From Saccostrea echinata (Eukaryota), in the NCBI RefSeq assembly GCF_033153115.1, contig NW_026889759.1, forward strand, positions 14,012,001 to 14,076,000: a DNA stretch of 64,000 bases, read 5' to 3'. Positions 12,049 to 26,451 of the stretch are shown here, piece by piece. A program made the position numbers and the translations under genes. Positions within the stretch are counted from its first letter, which is position 1; each line of letters begins with the position of its first letter. The notes beneath the pieces are model-generated. The model was not told where the DNA came from. It saw only the letters and a program-made list of their open reading frames with translations, and ran no database searches.

Positions 12049-15000
12049 TCATTTATTTTTTGTTGCTAACATATCCGATTCCGTAATATTCATTGAAGCA
12101 TTATCGTGTTTGTTACTGGACAAAACAGCATTTTTACTCAATTCCATATCATTATCGACCTTTGTTCCTTGTTTCCACTTCCTGTAAACTCGTATTACTT
12201 CACACGTAAAAGTAATGGCAACCAAACCTAAAATGGCTGCGTAGAGAACGAATATTCCGGACAAACTGTCCATCTTTAGTGTGGTAGCCTTTTTGGTGAT
12301 ACTGATGCATTTGTCCTTCCTCCACCATTTGGCTCTAAATTTTGCAATAATTCCTCCTTCTAGCATCCTTAACATACTGAAAAAGAATAAAGAAGGTACC
12401 TGTATTTGGCGTGTGATCTGCAGGAATATTGTGTAAGAAACATCTATAGTTCAAAAGTCCAGTCAAGCAGACAATTTGGTCAAACAGTTGGAAAGACTTT
12501 ACAAAGTTACGCACATAGAAAAATAATATACATGTATTCACATTGAAATGTCCTTTTGTAATATTTAAGTCCATTTATATTAATAGTTTTGATATACTGA
12601 TATTAAATGATATATATAATGATATTATGATTTGCATATTAAGTACTTTTTATGAAATGATTTGCATAACTATGTGTCCACGGATTCCATGGAAAGCAAA
12701 ACGTTCCCATGTTACATGTATAGAGGAGAGATGATTTTAACAAAACTCAATAGACAAAAGCTTTCCTAAACTTGTGATTTATGGCTTTATACTTACTGAT
12801 CATCAAAAACCTTTTTAAAGGGTGCGTTTTCTGGAATGATAAAAGATAAACTAATTTTGTTGAAGGATTCCTGGGCTATCTCTAGCGAACCGCAGTCGTT
12901 ATGAATAAAGTACTGGAACTGGGAGTGATCCCAAAGCAGAGCGTATTGTCCGGTTTTCACCAGCTCGTATCCTTCTTCCACTGTTTTAATTTTTGGCATG
13001 TCTGACATCATGTTCCATATACTCTTGTACAAACCTTCTGTAGCTTCCTGGAATGGAATAATAAAGTCATCAGATGATCCTCTTTAGGAGCAAAGGGAAA
13101 CAGATCTAGGCGGGTGGTAAAATGAATGTTAACGTTACTGTACATCACTATTAATGTAATCAATTTGGGCACTGCATTAAATTATATTTACATCCACTGA
13201 ATATTATCTCATTTATTTCTTCTGAAAACCAAAACTCTTCCATCAATGAAACGTACAATGCCGTACATACGTTAAATATTGTATTATTGATATCTTTAAC
13301 ACAGATTGCAGAAAAAATTACAAAACCCGCTTATGCAACAGCTGCAACATTAATTACCATATTAACAACCAAAGAAAGCATTTTATCAATTTATTGTTTA
13401 AATATGAAGTAAACAGAGGATATTTCTGCAACTTCAAGACCTTCGGACAATTACATAATGTGCTATCTTTTAAAAAGATAGGTGAGCTTACGCTGTAGCC
13501 ATTATAAAACACAGAAGTAGATATCTGAACCATTGGTTTATTTAGCTGAATCGATTAATAATTGGAAGACAGTGTGTACCGAGGGGGGGGGGGGGTCGCA
13601 ATTCAGAATGGTGATACTTTAGTGGACTTCACGTTAACAGTGGCAACTGTTCTTAAGTTCAATGTTATTTAAATTTTCAGGTGAAAAATACAATTATTTT
13701 AAGAGATTGGTAGAACCAATGAGCACTTGGTTTGAAATATTCCAGTGTGACCTACTGTTTTATAGCAACTGCATTTTCTGGGGCCTTTCCGGCAACTCGG
13801 AAAATCATTTCCTAATTTATTTCCTAAATCCGGAAAGGTAGTAGTCGTTCTACCAGACGTTCGACTGTCTCCGTAAATCTTCGAAGAGCAACTCGAAAGA
13901 GATTTATGGAGACAACCGAGCCACAGGCATCTGACGTTACTTATTTTTCTTTTAATTAAAAAAAACATACCCTTTACATATATTTTTTTATTAAAAGAAA
14001 AATAAGTAACGTCAGGTGCCTGTGAACCGAGCGTCAGTTGAAAGAGACAATGAAGGTACTAAGTTTTTATCATAATTTTAGAAATAACACAGGTGCTTGT
14101 GGACAGGACCCCCCCCCCCCCCCGAATATACATCCTGGGTCCAAGGATATTTTTATTCGTCTTTTTCCATAAATTAATCTTCTATTACACATTTACAATG
14201 TATTCCATATGAAAAATCTAAACAATAACGTAGAATTAACGTTTTATTAAAAATCATAACCGCGGTATTATACTGTTACTTTTTGCACATTTTTGAACAT
14301 TTAAGACAAAAAACGAAACCTCAGATCATTTGTATTTTCGAGAGATGATAAAAATAAACTGAACGATAAATGCATAGCTCTTATCGTGATATTTATCAAA
14401 ATAAGTATCAAAATAACTCCACTGACGTCTTCCTACAGCCACCTTCTTCCTTTGAAGCAACCATAGTTCACAAAGTAACCACACGTACCACTAGGGCTGG
14501 GACGATACAACTTTTTCTATATCGATACGTATCCCGATATTTGAGCCACGATACGATATGTATCACGATATGTTAAATTGGTTATAAATCCTTTTTTTAT
14601 ATTGAAGTGAACAAAACATTTCTTCACATATAAGAATAATTTATTCAAAGAAGTTGTATATCTGTTGTAAAACTTAATTATTTTGCACAAGTGGTCTTAA
14701 TTATTATGTATTTCATATTTATATTTATATTAAGCATAATTATTTTACATATTAAACCCAAAATGTTAAGTAAACAAAGAAAAACATTAGTCAGAATTTT
14801 TTGGGCGATATGTCGATATTTCTTCATATGTATCGATATGCGTATCATCCTCACATTGAATCGATATTATCGATATCTCGATATATCGTCCCAGCCCTAC
14901 GTACCACACAAAAAAAAGTTCTATACAAGTCCATGCATATGGCAGTTGCATTTAACAAATGACACTTTGAACTGAAAAGAGAGAGTAAATTACCTTGAAC

Positions 15001-18000
15001 ATGGCATGGTGGTTTGTCTCCTGAACTATAAGTGGTTTATAAATTGTTTGTGAAGCCAGCTCCTCAAGGTTCTTTACGGGTGGTTTCGCCAAAGAAATGG
15101 TAAAAAATGCCGCCAAATTAGCAGTGTACGATGCTGTTATGAGTATGGTAAATACCCACCAAAATCCAAGAATGATCCGTCCAGATTCAAAACTCGGACG
15201 TGTTCCATCATCTATAAAAAAAAAAAAAAGATTGAAAAGATATATCGGTCTCGTATATATAGTAAACCTTCCGCATAGCAGGCCTTCCCCCGGAATATTG
15301 AAAATATATACCAATCAAAACTATTAACCCGCTATTCTATTTCTTCCAATAGCTTCTCTCATATACAACAGTACTCTGTTTTTATCAGTAATACTCAGCT
15401 ATTAAACAAGAATATAGAAATCGCTGGAAAATCTACTGAACCTTAAATTGACGATTTTATCGTGAAAGGAAAAACCGCGCTCGTGTATTGAAGGGAAAAA
15501 AAACTTCATTGATTTTTGGGGTTTTTTTCCTGTAAATAATTCTTTTACCAAAAAACAAAAAAACACAAGCACATTTCGAATAAAATACAGCGTATGCCCG
15601 CAGATAAGAACTGGAGAGCCATTGATATGATACAAGATGGATGCAGAATAAAAGGAGGAGTTTCTACTACATTTTCTGCTTTTATCGCTATTTTCGTTAC
15701 AATAAGAAGTTTTAATATTTGATTCCAAGTATTTTTGCATTAATTCACACATACAAATAATTCCCAGGTTGCTAGGAAATTTCATTGTCACTATAGTACA
15801 GTTGATGTGTTGTACCGGAAGTTTCAAGTGATCCACCGGAAGTGATGCTGACTTGAATCACCAACAGTCAACACGTCAAGTTACCATTTCTCGTAAAGAT
15901 CGTTACATGATGATTTACTACATGAGAAATCTAGATTCACAATTTACGTTTACGGTTAGGTGGGAAAGTTCACTATGTGGAAGAAATATCCATATAGTAT
16001 ATGGTAAACCTTCACCCTTGGGGTAAGATTTACTACAAAGTAGATCTTCCTGAGGATATTTTTACTATGGAGGAAGCTTTACTACCCCGTTGTCGTAATT
16101 GGTTGAAATGAAAATACTCTATGAGAAATTATGAGCCGTTTTGATCATGCAGTCTTGCATTCTTTTTGTCATGTATGTGTGTGCGAGGGTGTATGTCTGT
16201 AGTAACCTAACATGTTACCTTGTCCATAAACTGTTCCAACAATAAGCCACACATTACGACTCAATGGTAAATCACCTGGGCTTGATTGTGGACTTAGCTT
16301 CGCAATGTAATACAGAATGCATGAAGTCATCACCGTGGCCAAAATAATGCCCAACCAAGACGTGTAATCCAGAGGGAGAAAAACCCTGAAAAATTTGTCT
16401 GCTTTGTTTTCTACTCTCTTCATTAGTATTCCAACACCATCTTCTTGAAAAGGTAACACATAGTCTATGACCCTATCACGGGTAGCTGTTACGGCAAATG
16501 GTGCTACTCCAATATCTACTTCCTGTGAACAAAATCTACTTTTCATGCTTTTCCTTGCAATGGCTCATAATCTGAATAAAGCTTAATTGAAATCTAATTA
16601 GTGATTAACTAGATATAGAATGTTTTTACGCCATACCCCTCTCATAACCATCCCCACCATGCCAGTAGCGTTTAGGCCATCTTCCGTGGGATTTCCGAAT
16701 AAACCGTCAATGGCATCGACAGACTGGTATCTACAAATAAGTTCTTAGATTTATCAAGACTATGCCGATAATTAAAGAGATATGAAAACATTTTATCGAT
16801 TAGTAAGTTTATTTCTGGAAAGTTCATTAATATAGCAATATAGAATTCTCTGAAATGATGTAACTTGAGGCTAATACCGGAAATTGAATGTCTCTGCAAA
16901 GTCGCTCAGTATGTCGTAACAAAAGCCGTAATAATAGGAACTTCCATTGTTATTTGTGCCTTTCATCACATATGGAGCATTCTAAAACATAGACTGCTTC
17001 TTAACAAACCATCACACATGAAAAATTAAACCAAACTCCGTACGAAGCATTTTGACAGAGTTGAAATTTGGATACTTAATTTAATTACCGTGACAGATGC
17101 TACTTTTAGCACTCTGTTTCCAAAGTCCCTGAAACTGTTTTCGTAAAGTTCACCATTACGAGTTATTAGACCATTGCCCAAAGTAAACTGAGCCACTTCT
17201 TCGAACTTCAACATTTCCTTGCTTGAGCTATGTATCGTTATCTTAATATTCGATATCAATTGATTATATACTTCAAAAGGTGTCACGGCTCTTGCCTAGA
17301 AAAAAAAATATACAAACCGTTGTGATAAACATTTCCATTTCAGTTGTTTACCTGTTACTTTTTTTTTATTAATTGCTCACTTACAAAACATGATTGTGTC
17401 AAATTTTCAGCTCGAGAATCTTCCATTTCTTCCCTGTACGCCTTGGATATCGTAGTAATCAAGGCCTAAAAGTGAAGTGGAATCCAAATTATTAAGTGTT
17501 TGAAAATAACTCATTATTAAATCATCAATCATGTGTTAACATGCCCGTAGCAACGGTTTCAAAAGTGGAAAGGGGGGGGGGGGTGTTGAACCTTCCATAA
17601 AATGTGACCAGCCAAACCAGAGGTCTCTGACGAAACTGTAGCTCTACTGGTTGTACTTATAAGGGAAGATAAAATTGGCACTTGGACTTGAAACTTTGCA
17701 ACAGCAATAAAAAGAATAATGATCTTTGGTTTAGTCTCTTTTTGTGGCAAGATTTATTGCAATCAGACTAAAACTGTAGGAGGAGTAGCCTTTTAAAACA
17801 ATTTTTACAGAAGTTTCGATTTAAGTAACAATGGCAACATCATTCAACAAAATCAAAAAAACAATAACGACAAATATGTATCTCAGTGCAGTCTACTCTA
17901 CTCTACTGAAATCCGACAAAAAAGTGTGGGAGGAGTAGCGTTTTGAAAGTATTTCAAGAAAATTTCTATATTTAGTAACCATGGCAACATCTTTCATTGA

Positions 18001-21000
18001 AATAAAAACCAATACACAGAATTATGTATCTTAGTGTAGTCCACTTGTATGCCAAGTTATACTGAAATCGGACCAAAACTGTAGGAGGACTAGCGTTTTG
18101 AACGTTTTTCACAGAAATTTCTGTTTTTAGTAACCATGGTAACACCGTTCATTGAAATCAAAAACCGATACAAAAAATTATGTATATTAGTATAGTCTAC
18201 TTAAGTGCCAAGCTATATTGAAATCAGACCAAAACTGTATGAGGAGTAGCGTTTTGAAAAAGTTTACAGACGGACAGACAGACTGACGGACGGACGACGG
18301 ACACCTTACTATCGCATAAGCTCTTCTGGCCCCAGGATCATGAAACAGGCTTATACTTAAGTCAAATTTTCAATCACCTATTAAATGTTTATTAATTTTT
18401 GAATTAATAACTACTTTTGCAGAAAATAACACTTTTGTGAAGCAACATTGACAATTTTTGGCTGCATGATATCCTTAACATTTTAGTGCAGCAAAAAGAT
18501 TTTGACTTAAACTTAAGATGTTTCATGATCCTGGGGCCTGGTCTCTGATCAGTAGAGCTAAAATCCGCACTTTAAATGCCCAAATCCTAGAAGTTGCCAT
18601 TGCTTGACATTACAGCAACAAAAAGTGTTGAGGGGGGGGGGGGGTCAACATCTAAATAAGAATTTACTATAGCAAAATAGTACTATAATATTAAAAAAGA
18701 TGAGGGTGGTCAGCACCCCTCCCCCCCCCCCCCCCCCCGCGTTGTACAAGCCTGGTTAATTGAATATTCTTTTTTATCATTACTTTCAAATATGAAAATC
18801 AGAGACATGAGTAAAGCGAAATTTGGTCTAGAATTTGATATACTAGTCTAACAATTCTAAAGTAATTGGATATCAATAAAATGTTCACTTTCCCTTTGAC
18901 CCCATAATACAAATAAATTCGATGTTTTTATCATACAAAACCGTTGTAAAAATTACAAATTTGACCAACTCAACCCAAACCCTGATCATTGTACCAAAGT
19001 TGGATAGATGGACGGACAGGCACCAGTAATTTTGTTGCCTTCACTTTTAGCGGAAGAGCATAAAAATCGAATAGAAAATATCATTTTGATTGTTAAATAG
19101 TTTAAACATTTTTCTCCTTTATTGATAGAAAGTGATGAATGACTTGGTATGTGTACGAAAGGTTCTTACTCTATATTTTTCATGCTGAAGACCCACGTTA
19201 AGCGTTAAAACAAATCCTTGATGCAACGATCTGAATATCGTATTGTTTTGCAAAAATCCTGGGTCCAAGTTCAGGATCCATTGATATCTCGTGTTAAACA
19301 TATCTAAAGAAATTGCCTGAAAGAAATGAACATATTAGTGTTTAAAACCTAAGTCAAAACGTAATTATTTTAAAGAACGATATCGAACAATAGTGCAAGT
19401 AAATGAATTCATGTTAATCAAATTGCATCGGTGAAAGAAAAACTAGTACTGGGTTTGGAAATATTTACCCTTTATTTGAAGGTTTATAGTTTTCATAATC
19501 TTATTTAGCAATCAATTGTCTCATCGAAGTTTTGCTCTTCGATATATTCAAATTTACATCCCATAATATTTCGATAAATGTTTGATAAACAGAAATTTGA
19601 AGTTGGATATATTCATTATTAATCCACAATACATGCATTGTAAATGTCGAATCTACAACTAATCATAAGAATTGATTTTTATATATTTAATGAGTTACTA
19701 GTACCCCGTATTAACAGATAACTCTCAGGAGGAAACACATCTTTGGGATACATCATTTATTAATTAACTAAAATAATTTTATTGACTGTGTGTGGTTAAT
19801 AGATTAAAACTGCATCGAATAAGGGTTCTAAGGGTGATCTGTTACTATCAGATTACAATTGATCAGTCAGACAGACATATTCTGAATATATAAAACTTCC
19901 TTTCGACAGGTTTACTTTAAGTTAATTAATATAAAATTTTGTTTTGACGCTAATGATTTTTCAGAAGTCTAATTTGTTATTTAAAAGCATACAAATTCAG
20001 CATACATCGCAAGGCCAAATTTGATTGAAGTGGCCTTTCAATTTGACAATTTTACAAAGAAAATATAGTTCTTTTTTTTTACTACAGTAGGAGTTGTCTG
20101 TCTTATCAGAAGATCAATAAACCTTAAGCATTGACAGTCATGTGACATAAAAAATTAACCAATCGTCGTACTTCGACTATCAGATCCACTGTTTGTTCCG
20201 AGTGAGTAACAAGACAAACATTTTCAAAAATGTCCTGGTTTTTAATCATTGTCAGAAGAACTCTACTGCTGTCTTCTTTTGCTATGCAGATATATTCGGA
20301 AGAAATATTTAACAAACTAAGCCTTCGTAAAAGATCTTGTACGCAGTCGTCATCTGAAATTAATAAAAAGGAACTGATACAATTAAAAATGTGCATGGCA
20401 TATTTTTATTTCATATTGATTTTTTTTATACTAGAATCATGAGAATAATGAGTATTATTACTAGCTTTCGCTTTCGAAATGAAATACATGTACATGTATC
20501 ACTGAAGGTAAGTAATTTGATAGAGACAATTGACAGAGATTTGATTTGCATTATAAATCGTAATGAAACAATAAAGTTACCATAAACATCTTCATGTAAT
20601 AAAAGGAAATTTTTCCATTCTTGTTTCATCACTATAGCAACAATTGCTTCATTTCGAAGCCGGCAGTCAAATGGTACAATTAAGGAAGATAGAAATAATT
20701 GCTCCTTTGTGATTATGCTCAGAGGTATGTTCAAAGAGCTTGCTTGCCATCGCAAAGCCAATCCAGTCTCAAGGGAAGTGAAAGCTATGAGTCCAAGAAA
20801 ACACTGTGCTGACAACTCGCCAACTAATAAAAAAAAAGCATGAAGGGAAAAATACTAATGTTAATTGAGCAATAATTGAAAGTTTCGTAATCACAATTTC
20901 AGTGAAAGTGTGAATTAATTTATGTATTTCACCTTTCTGAGTAAATATAAAAATGTCCTTTCCCTGTATGATGTACGAATCATACTCTGTGTTGTTTAAC

Positions 21001-24000
21001 TCAATTTCAGAATCCATCCATTCTAACCCAGCCTGATAAAGAACACCTGAAAAAATCGTTAATGAGAACGTACATTGTAAAGGTGACTAGTCATATTCGT
21101 TGAAGAAACCCTTAAACTTTATGATATGACACAAAAATTACCATTTACTGTATAATTTTTTATCAATCAAAATCATGTGTAGTTATTCCCTTAAAAAAAA
21201 AGACGAAACACGATTGCGCTGACTGTATTCTGAAGTAGAAATGATATTTTACATCGGCATATTCTTGAATACGTAACGCGAGTTTAAAAATAAAGTCGAT
21301 GTATTTAAGAAAATTGAATTCTCATCAAACTTCGAAGCGAGAGTGGTTTATAAATCTCGATATACCCAAAATTTGGAGCAGTATTCATCGGAGGATCAGT
21401 GCGCTTGAAGTATAATTGTGATGTCACAAATATGCCCCTGCTGAATTGCAATTCAATCTATTCTCACATTCATAAGTAAACAAAAACAATATCAAGCAAA
21501 ATACATAATGCAAGAGTGTATAGTTTACATTACCTGGAAGGGTGATTCTCTTATTAAATATATTGATGAATTTACTAAGGTTTTTGATGACGGATACCTT
21601 AATTTTTTTTCATGAAAATAAATTTAAAAACCTAAAAGCACTTGGTCGTCTTATATATGTTGATAGTAGATACAATGACCTTGCCAGCAAATACAATTCA
21701 TCATTAAGTCTAATGCTGACTGACGTTTTTCATTCTAATTTTTAGGCCATTATTTACACAATGAATTGTCGACGGATTGGAGCAAAAGGCGGGTGTGACC
21801 GGTCGGCAGGGGATACTCACTCCTCTATGGCATCTGATCCCACCTCTGTGTTTGCTCTGCTCCAAAATTTGTATTGTTTAATAAACTTTTGAGCTTGAAT
21901 ACTTTCGTTATCTCCATATATTTCATACAATCTTCCACAATCGTTTAAAGCTGGACATGACATAATATAATGCTATTCGTATTCAGCATTATTTTTATAC
22001 GCCTGTTCGTTGGCCTGAAACCAACAAACATTCGGGACAATCGGTAAATTTAAAATTCAGTCTGTCCATTCGCTTTTACGATGCACACTGTATATTTTGG
22101 CTACCATGATTTGAAATAAAGTAGTTGCGTCGCAACGCCACGAATGCCCTCGCAGGCAGCCAAAATTTCAAATACCATATTTTCTGATTTTTTTCTAAGT
22201 TCAAGTGGGATAAGTTTTTGATTTAAAAGTATATTGCTCCATCGGCCTGTCTCGATTGCAATTTATGACTGATTACTAGTTCTAAATTTTATCAATGTAA
22301 GTATAGTATTCATTGACACATTGTCATTTAAATATTTCTTAATAAAAAAATACTTTAAGTGAACAAATTATAAATTTTGCCTTTACTAAATGTAGCACAA
22401 TCTGAAGTCCATTTTTGTTGAAATTGATCAATCAGTGTTTGCTTAATTACATCCAACAACCATTTTTCATTTTCCACATTTTGCGTCATCCAGACATAAT
22501 CTAAATCACTTTCCTGTAAAATACTCCGTATACATTCATTCTATTTAAAATTATAATCAATATTGTTTTACATTAATGAGCTATATAAAAAAATCATACA
22601 AAATATGAGACAATTTTGTCTCTACATATACATGTACTAACCACAGGCACTTGGGGTATGGACCCCCCCCCCTTTTTTCCATTTTTTTTTCTTTTTAAAT
22701 CTGGGTTCGAGTCACCTTTTTCCTATTTTTGTATTCTAATATGCACTTTATGTTATCAATAATGTAACTCTTTTGTTTCTGTAAGCTGTTTTTAAATATA
22801 TCGTTTTCGACTGATACATAAAGAGAGAGAAGGCTTGCAACTCTTTCCTCGTCGTCTGCCTCACCTCGCTTAAACTTCGCCTGATTATTTATCTAAAGCA
22901 TAAGAACACATGGAATATGCATACGTCAATAAATTTGTTACACTTTCCTCTTCCTTTTCATATTTCCATTTGATTTTTATGTGCCCCCGATTTGTAAATA
23001 TTTCGATTAAATCACCCTCATTTAGGGTAAAATTTGTTGATGTGCACCAGCTGGGACGGAAGTGTCCGGTATTTTCGGACGTCATCATTAAGTGTAATGT
23101 CATTCGGAACATAAAATGCGAGAGGGAAAAATCCCGAATTTTCTCTTCATATTACATGTAACGGTAAGTTCTGTGTATAACAAGATAACTGTAACTAGCA
23201 GATTCTTATGGATGAAGATTAACATTTTTAACATACGACCTAGACAACAAAATTTCACAATATAATTATTAAAAAGCCTGGATTTTTTTTTTTTTAAATG
23301 CAGAACATTTGTAAAGTTAGAGTTACCGTTATTGCACTTCCGTCCCAGCTGGTGCACATCAACAAATTTTACCCTAAATGCGGGTGATTTAATCGAAATA
23401 TTTAAAAATCGGGGGCACATAAAAATCAAATGGAAATATGAAGAGGAAGAAGAAAGTGTAACAAATTTATTGACGTATGCATATTCCATGTGTTCTTATG
23501 CTTTAGATAAATTCTGAGGCGAAGTTTAAGCGAGGTGAGGCAGACGACGAGAAAAGAGTTGCAAGCCTTCTCTCTTTTTATGTATCAGTCGAAAACGATA
23601 TATTTAAAAACAGCTTATAGAAACAAAAGAGTTACATTATTGATAACATATAGTGCATATTAGAATACAAAAATAGGAAAAAGGTGACTCGAACCCAGAT
23701 TTAAAAAGAAAAAAAATGGAAAAAGGGGGGGTCCATACCCCAAGTGCCTGTGGTACTAACGTACAATAGCTGCGAAGGTTTGCATGAGTTACCTATGCAA
23801 TTGAGTTGGAAAATCCTTTTGCAAGCTTCTTGGAGGGTGATATTCTAAATACACTGATTGAAAATTATATAACCAGGAAAGAAAAGCCAGAATACTATTA
23901 AAACTTGTAAACTGGGCATTTATATGAAAAAGAAGTTCGCGTATGAAAATATTGTCGCTATGCATTACCATTATGCATCCACCATCAACGCTTTATTCAA

Positions 24001-24317
24001 TATCAGACTATATAATAAAACCATTGTGGACTTTTTCGGTAGGTGAAATTGTACTTTCATGTAAATAATTATACAATGTATGCAATCAAGTTTATTAGTC
24101 TAACAATCTGATTTGCAATTAGCATTAAATTTTAAAATTAAAATTATAAAAGTGAGATGTGCTGCAATATGAACATACATTGTATTTGGAAACAATAGAA
24201 AAAGGTAGAAATACAAATATTTTTCTTTTTTAAAAGTAACTTACCTACTTTGTATATTCCCATGCTTTTATAAAATAACGAAAAAAGCATAAAAACACAA
24301 CACAGAGCTTTATCCAT
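12049..24317 (-). CDS. Ionotropic glutamate receptor-like protein, paralogue A (signal peptide, ATD, S1, M1-M3, S2, M4), ~781 aa
   Basis: 13 GT-AG exons with consistent phase: 24317-24245, 21046-20933, 20823-20581, 20353-20172, 19316-19170, 17465-17385, 17295-17089, 16981-16878, 16730-16637, 16522-16219, 15211-14994, 13047-12797, 12376-12049 (2346 nt). Motifs [53 protein letters not shown]. Confidence 0.92.
13922..14024. mobile_element. 103-bp hairpin MITE with CACAGGCA termini, 8-bp TSD
   Basis: cacaggcatctgacgttacttattttt / aaaataagtaacgtcaggtgcctgtg; TSD aaccgagc (13914-13921, 14025-14032). Confidence 0.85.
14492..14899. mobile_element. hAT-type MITE in iGluR-A intron 11
   Basis: TIR tagggctgggacgata / tatcgtcccagcccta; perfect 8-bp TSD cgtaccac; subterminal cgata repeats. 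Confidence 0.9.
17613..18562 (+). mobile_element. Helentron-like element with ~155-bp tandem core, interrupted by a nested MITE
   Basis: Monomers aaaactgtaggaggagtagc..agtaaccatggcaac; gacggacaga microsatellite; end ctggtctctgatcagtagagctaaaa; same family as 27620-28412. Confidence 0.8.
18329..18537. mobile_element. Nested MITE with CTG (CWG) TSD, PIF/Harbinger-like
   Basis: gccccaggatcatgaaaca / tgtttcatgatcctggggc flanked by ctg; removing it restores the host end ctcttctggtctctga. Confidence 0.8.
21788..21915 (+). repeat. Fragment of a common oyster retroposon-type interspersed repeat
   Basis: ggcgggtgtgaccggtcggcaggggatactcactcctctatggcatctgatcccacctctg resembles a repeat end I recall from Crassostrea; family not verified. 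Confidence 0.45.
22642..23752. mobile_element. 1.1-kb foldback DNA transposon with ~420-bp TIRs, 8-bp TSD
   Basis: Arms 22642-23064 and 23335-23752 are near-perfect inverted repeats around a 270-bp spacer; termini cacaggcac / gtgcctgtg; TSD gtactaac (22634-22641, 23753-23760); lies in iGluR-A intron 1. Confidence 0.92.
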
Positions 24318-24500
24318 GTCTTCAGATGATTCAATGTCAAATCAAAGGTATTGAATACCGCTACTCACTAGGGACGCCCATTAGATAAAATACGTCAATA
24401 TCATCAAATTCTACCTATATCATCATCGTTAAAATGCCAAAAATTGTAATTTTTAAAAAACAAAACCTCTATAAGTCATAATTAAAGAAACAATAGACTA

Positions 24501-25579
24501 CGAGGGCTGTTCGGAAATTATTGAGACATTGCGTATATTCTTCTTTCTAAAGAACGTTTTTCGATGAAAATTTGCATATACGTTTGACAAACACTACGAA
24601 TTAATAAAAGCAAGAAATATTTTTAAAATATTTTATTTCTTCTTTTCAATGGTATATAAATGTGTCAATGGCAGGGGTACCCGGCGCAGTCACGAAATCA
24701 GATATTGAAAATTTGTAACACCAACGTTAAAACTCCCAGTGGATCCATAGTGAGAGCGAAAATAATTCAAATTATGTATATAATTTTTCGATTTAATTTT
24801 GACTTCATCTTGTGCAAGTTTGCTAGAATTTCGATCAGAAAAACGGAGATCATTAAAAAATTTAAGCGCGGTATAGCAATCTGATACTGATAACGACGAC
24901 AAAACGGATTTTGACGTCAAGGCGGAGCAGCGAGCATACCTAAAATTTTGTGTAGCGGTATTGAGAACTCTTGTCCAGACTAAACGACCTGCTAAAACAA
25001 AAACAATGCAATAAAAAATGTCTAAGGGTTTATTTTTTCATTGGTATATTTTTTCTCACAGATAATTCAACCAGAGTAGAAACAAATGCTCCGGACGACC
25101 ATCAATTATTACGGACTAAATAACGTTGACCCGCGTTGCACAACTCGATACTGCATGATACCAAGTCAACCTGTATATGACACTTCGTGTATATTTTACA
25201 CTGGGGTAACAACAGCACACGTTTTATTTTAATTTTTTTTTGTGAAGAATTGTTTAAGAATTGTAAGAGACAGTTTGAATTTTGGAATGTTATATGTAAT
25301 GACAGAGAAAGTAGATTGAACGATTCCCGATCATTTCACAATGAGAAAATATCGGCTAACCAGGCGATAAAATGACGTAGCGATGCTGCTCCAGGTCAAT
25401 AGACACAGCTTGTTTATAATTTCACCGGAACCTATTTAATTATCCTATAAATTAGAAATTTTGCACAATTGTTTTATTTGTTCTTTTTTTTTTATGAAAT
25501 GTTGACGAGCTTTCATGAATTTATCTCTGTCCTTTGTGGAGTAAAAGTAATTGTCTCAATAATTTTCGAACAGCCCTCG
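24501..25579 (+). mobile_element. Decayed mariner transposon
   Basis: TA|cgagggctgttcggaaattattgagaca ... tgtctcaataattttcgaacagccctcg|TA; remnant transposase N-terminal peptides DVKAEQRAYLKFCV (~24913) and SGRP (~25090). Confidence 0.85.
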
Positions 25580-26451
25580 TATTTTTTTATGTAACAACGT
25601 TTTGTTCTTTTTTTAAACTGCGAAGATGCTGCAAATAGCTACACCTTTTGACGATTTCATGAAATTTGCAATGAATAATTTATCTAAACTGCCTTTAAAA
25701 AATATTTAGAGGATATAGATTTCTCTATTTTCGAGGTAAATTGAAAACATTTAGAAATTGCTAAAGGGAAAAGAAAAAAATTCAAATGAATAGAATGTCA
25801 AACATTATTAAAAAGTAATGAAATACTAATCGATCATAAAATACATATTGTCATGTACATTGAAAAAGAATATATAAATATGTATATGTGCATCTTTACA
25901 TTTCATGATAATTAAATGTCATATTACATTTCAGTCTTAATGTAATTGGTTCAGTGTTCATCCGTGCCTCAGCCATGCCATTTTATACTACTTTCAATCA
26001 ATAAAACGATTTGAGATAATAAAATATTTATGATCTCCTTAGAGAACAGTTGATAAGATTGATGCGTACATTGGCTACAGAACAAAACAAAAATATATAA
26101 TAAATAAATAACAATCTTTTTCCCGAGGTGTCCGTGTTTCTCGAAGATACGAGTATGATTTTTGTTTAAATAAAACGTTTAGAATTTATTTATTTATTTA
26201 ATATTTATTTATTTGCTCTTATTGAGCATCGACTAAAGAGTCGATGGCGCGATGACACAATATGGGGACAATGCGGGGACAACCAAAAGCGGCGGATGGT
26301 TAAACAAAGGACTACCCTCCCATGGTAAACATGTTTAAAATATTTTTTTCCCTAGTTGTCGAAGTGACGTTTTTTCTGGCTTTTTCTATAAAAGCTAGCG
26401 AATAATCAAAATAGATCATATAGAGTTCCATAAATAATACAAGACTTAAAT

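Noticed and set aside
22885-23517. Four mirror-image ORFs (MEYAYVNKF.., ..FRPSWCTST..)
   Set aside because: Artefacts of the two inverted arms of a foldback element; no recognisable protein
22642-23752. CACAG termini as RSS-like ends of a RAG/Transib transposon
   Set aside because: TSD is 8 bp rather than 5 bp, the heptamer match is partial, and no RAG-like coding sequence is visible
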